Shown here one piece after another: positions 48,615-50,263 of a stretch of 50,263 nt of DNA; the stretch's first letter is position 1; the number at the start of each line of letters is the position of its first letter. The notes beneath the pieces were generated by a model, which saw nothing but the letters and a program-made list of their open reading frames with translations, was not told the DNA's origin and ran no database searches. Source of the DNA: Candidatus Scalinduaceae bacterium. Its GTDB lineage: Bacteria > Planctomycetota > Brocadiia > Brocadiales > Scalinduaceae. Both the position numbers and the translations under genes were made by a program. The stretch spans positions 1 through 50,263 of the forward strand of contig JBHICG010000019.1 in NCBI GenBank assembly GCA_046759445.1, in the 5' to 3' direction.

Positions 48615-49352
48615 CTTTTCTAAGACTCCCTTTTTAAAAGTATTCGAGTATTTCCAATTGCGTTTCCCGTACATCCTTGTACACATAAAGACCCTATCTC
48701 AAAAGGATTCTATTATGAAAATAACGTTTCCGTCTACGTCTGCCGAGAGGGAGGGACGGGCATAAACGGTATTGATCTTTACAAGTTATAGGGGTTTACC
48801 TTCTTAAGTAGAAAATAAGGATAATTCTTAAAATCAGGAAATTCGATTGATTTATTTGAAGCGTTTCGTGAACACAGAAACGAGATATTTGAAGTATAAG
48901 ATGATGTGTTATGATTAGGTCTCTGCACAGAATGCAGAGATTGCAAATATCGATGAGAAAAGATATTGGTATTGTAATAGCAAAAAGATGTTTTCTGCAT
49001 TACTAATACTCCTATGTCATTTTATGTGTGGGTGTGATTACGTCAAGATGCCAGAAAAGGTATGTTACAGCGTGTAGCTTAGAAGAATTGTTTCGATTGT
49101 CAAGAGAAAAAGGCAATTAGTGAAAAAAGTTTTAAATGTCATAGATGGTCATAGACAGTCTATGACAGACTATAACATTGTATAAATGAAGAGTAGAGAT
49201 GAAGAATGAAGATTGTGTAAGTTTCTAATAAATAAAGATATAAAACAAGTATTTGATATGGTATCATGAAAACGTTAGTGTTGAAGGTATTTAAAAATGG
49301 GCAAAAAAACACAAAAACAGGCAGTTAGGACAAGTGTTAAAAGTGTTCCAAA

Positions 49353-50038
49353 ATGATTGAAGAGCACGTTAATTTCAACTCAAACGGTATGAAGCTCGAA
49401 GGAATCTTATCATATGATGAAGATGCTGGCGAACCTTCCTCGTTGCTATTATGTCCACCCCATCCTCACCTTGGTGGTGATATGGAAAATAACGTTATTA
49501 CGACGCTTGGTAAATCACTGGCCGTAAAAGGGTTTATCACATTAAGGTTTAATTATCGTGGTGTTGGTAATAGTGAAAGTGTGTATGACAATATTGCTGA
49601 CAAATACAATTACTGGGAGGCGGTTTTAAATAATGATAATTATACTGATGCCTTAACGGATGCAGCGTCTGCACTCAATTATCTGGAATCGGCCGTTGAC
49701 GTGGATAATATTTATATTGCAGGATATTCATTTGGCGCAGTAGTGGCTATGATGGTGAGCATTAAGGATGTAAGGATTAAGGCCTTTGCAGCAGTTTCCA
49801 CTCCTTTTGGGTAGGTTTGATCCAACATTGCTGTCAGATTGTATCAAACCAAAGCTTATTGTTTGTGCGGATAATGATTTTGCATCATCAATAGAAGATG
49901 TAAAAAAAGGAATGTCAAAAATATCAGATCCAAAAATACTTAAAATATTTGAAGATTGTGACCACTTCTATAATAGATAGGGAACATGACATTGCAAACA
50001 AAGTGCATGAATTCTTAGTTCGCAATAGCCCTTCATAA
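49353..50038 (+). pseudogene. Alpha/beta hydrolase with two +1 frameshifts (or sequencing errors)
   Basis: PHPHLGGDMEN, LRFNYRGVG.S, GYSFG; D (ADND) and H (DHF) of the triad fall in a shifted frame; breaks near 49808 and 49970. Confidence 0.8.
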
Positions 50039-50208
50039 TCCTCTTGCCTATCATATTCTACCAGAACCATAGAAGCGGTGCTAACAGACATTTGCCAAAG
50101 GTGGTGGTTTGAGAACACCTCTTAAAAAGAAACATGACCGTTATCAACTCACACAGGCAATAATGAAACCATAAAGTAATATTAAACCGTTTATCTAAAA
50201 TGTTCACG

Positions 50209-50263
50209 AAGTCATAACGCACCCCATAAAGGGGTGGCTTGACGGTTATGAGCTGTCTCAAAG
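50209..50263 (-). mobile_element. Right end of a second IS200-family copy (runs off the window)
   Basis: Reverse complement matches 24008-24062 with 2 mismatches in 55 bp. Confidence 0.85.

Noticed and set aside
48620..48800. c-di-GMP-I (GEMM) or c-di-AMP riboswitch in the rhs leader
   Set aside because: Only scattered fragments (GGTAAACC, GGGAAACGCAA, GAATCC..TAGGG) without the contiguous consensus architecture

Overview
AT-rich bacterial chromosomal window. Gene content suggests an anammox planctomycete (Brocadiales, Scalindua-like); this is inferred, not proven. Housekeeping backbone: partial rdgB, lepA-lepB-lptB, ubiA-like prenyltransferase, cobO, secA-kdtA-metK, ahcY, an ABC operon, hppA, rsfS and a stand-alone FMN glutamate synthase. 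Accessory material includes: (i) an autoregulated lexA / small ImuB-C-like ORF / Y-family polymerase with RecA-NT-like tail / DUF72 SOS cassette, with a strongly structured ~170-nt lexA leader that pairs over the start codon; (ii) a 2242-aa secreted teneurin-like Rhs/YD protein with a thrombospondin C-terminal domain, an unrecognised C-terminal tip, no intact immunity gene, and a leader holding CsrA-type GGA hairpins inside a terminator; (iii) an orphan AEP primase-polymerase; (iv) HUH/Y1 elements (RAYT pseudogenes, a RAYT-derived MITE, IS200 copies), REP-like palindromes, a collapsed four-helix-bundle mini-element and a solitary degenerate attC-like site; (v) a Pseudomonas-type ahcY. No rRNA, tRNA or CRISPR array was seen. 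All family calls come from motif recognition by eye; no database searches were run.
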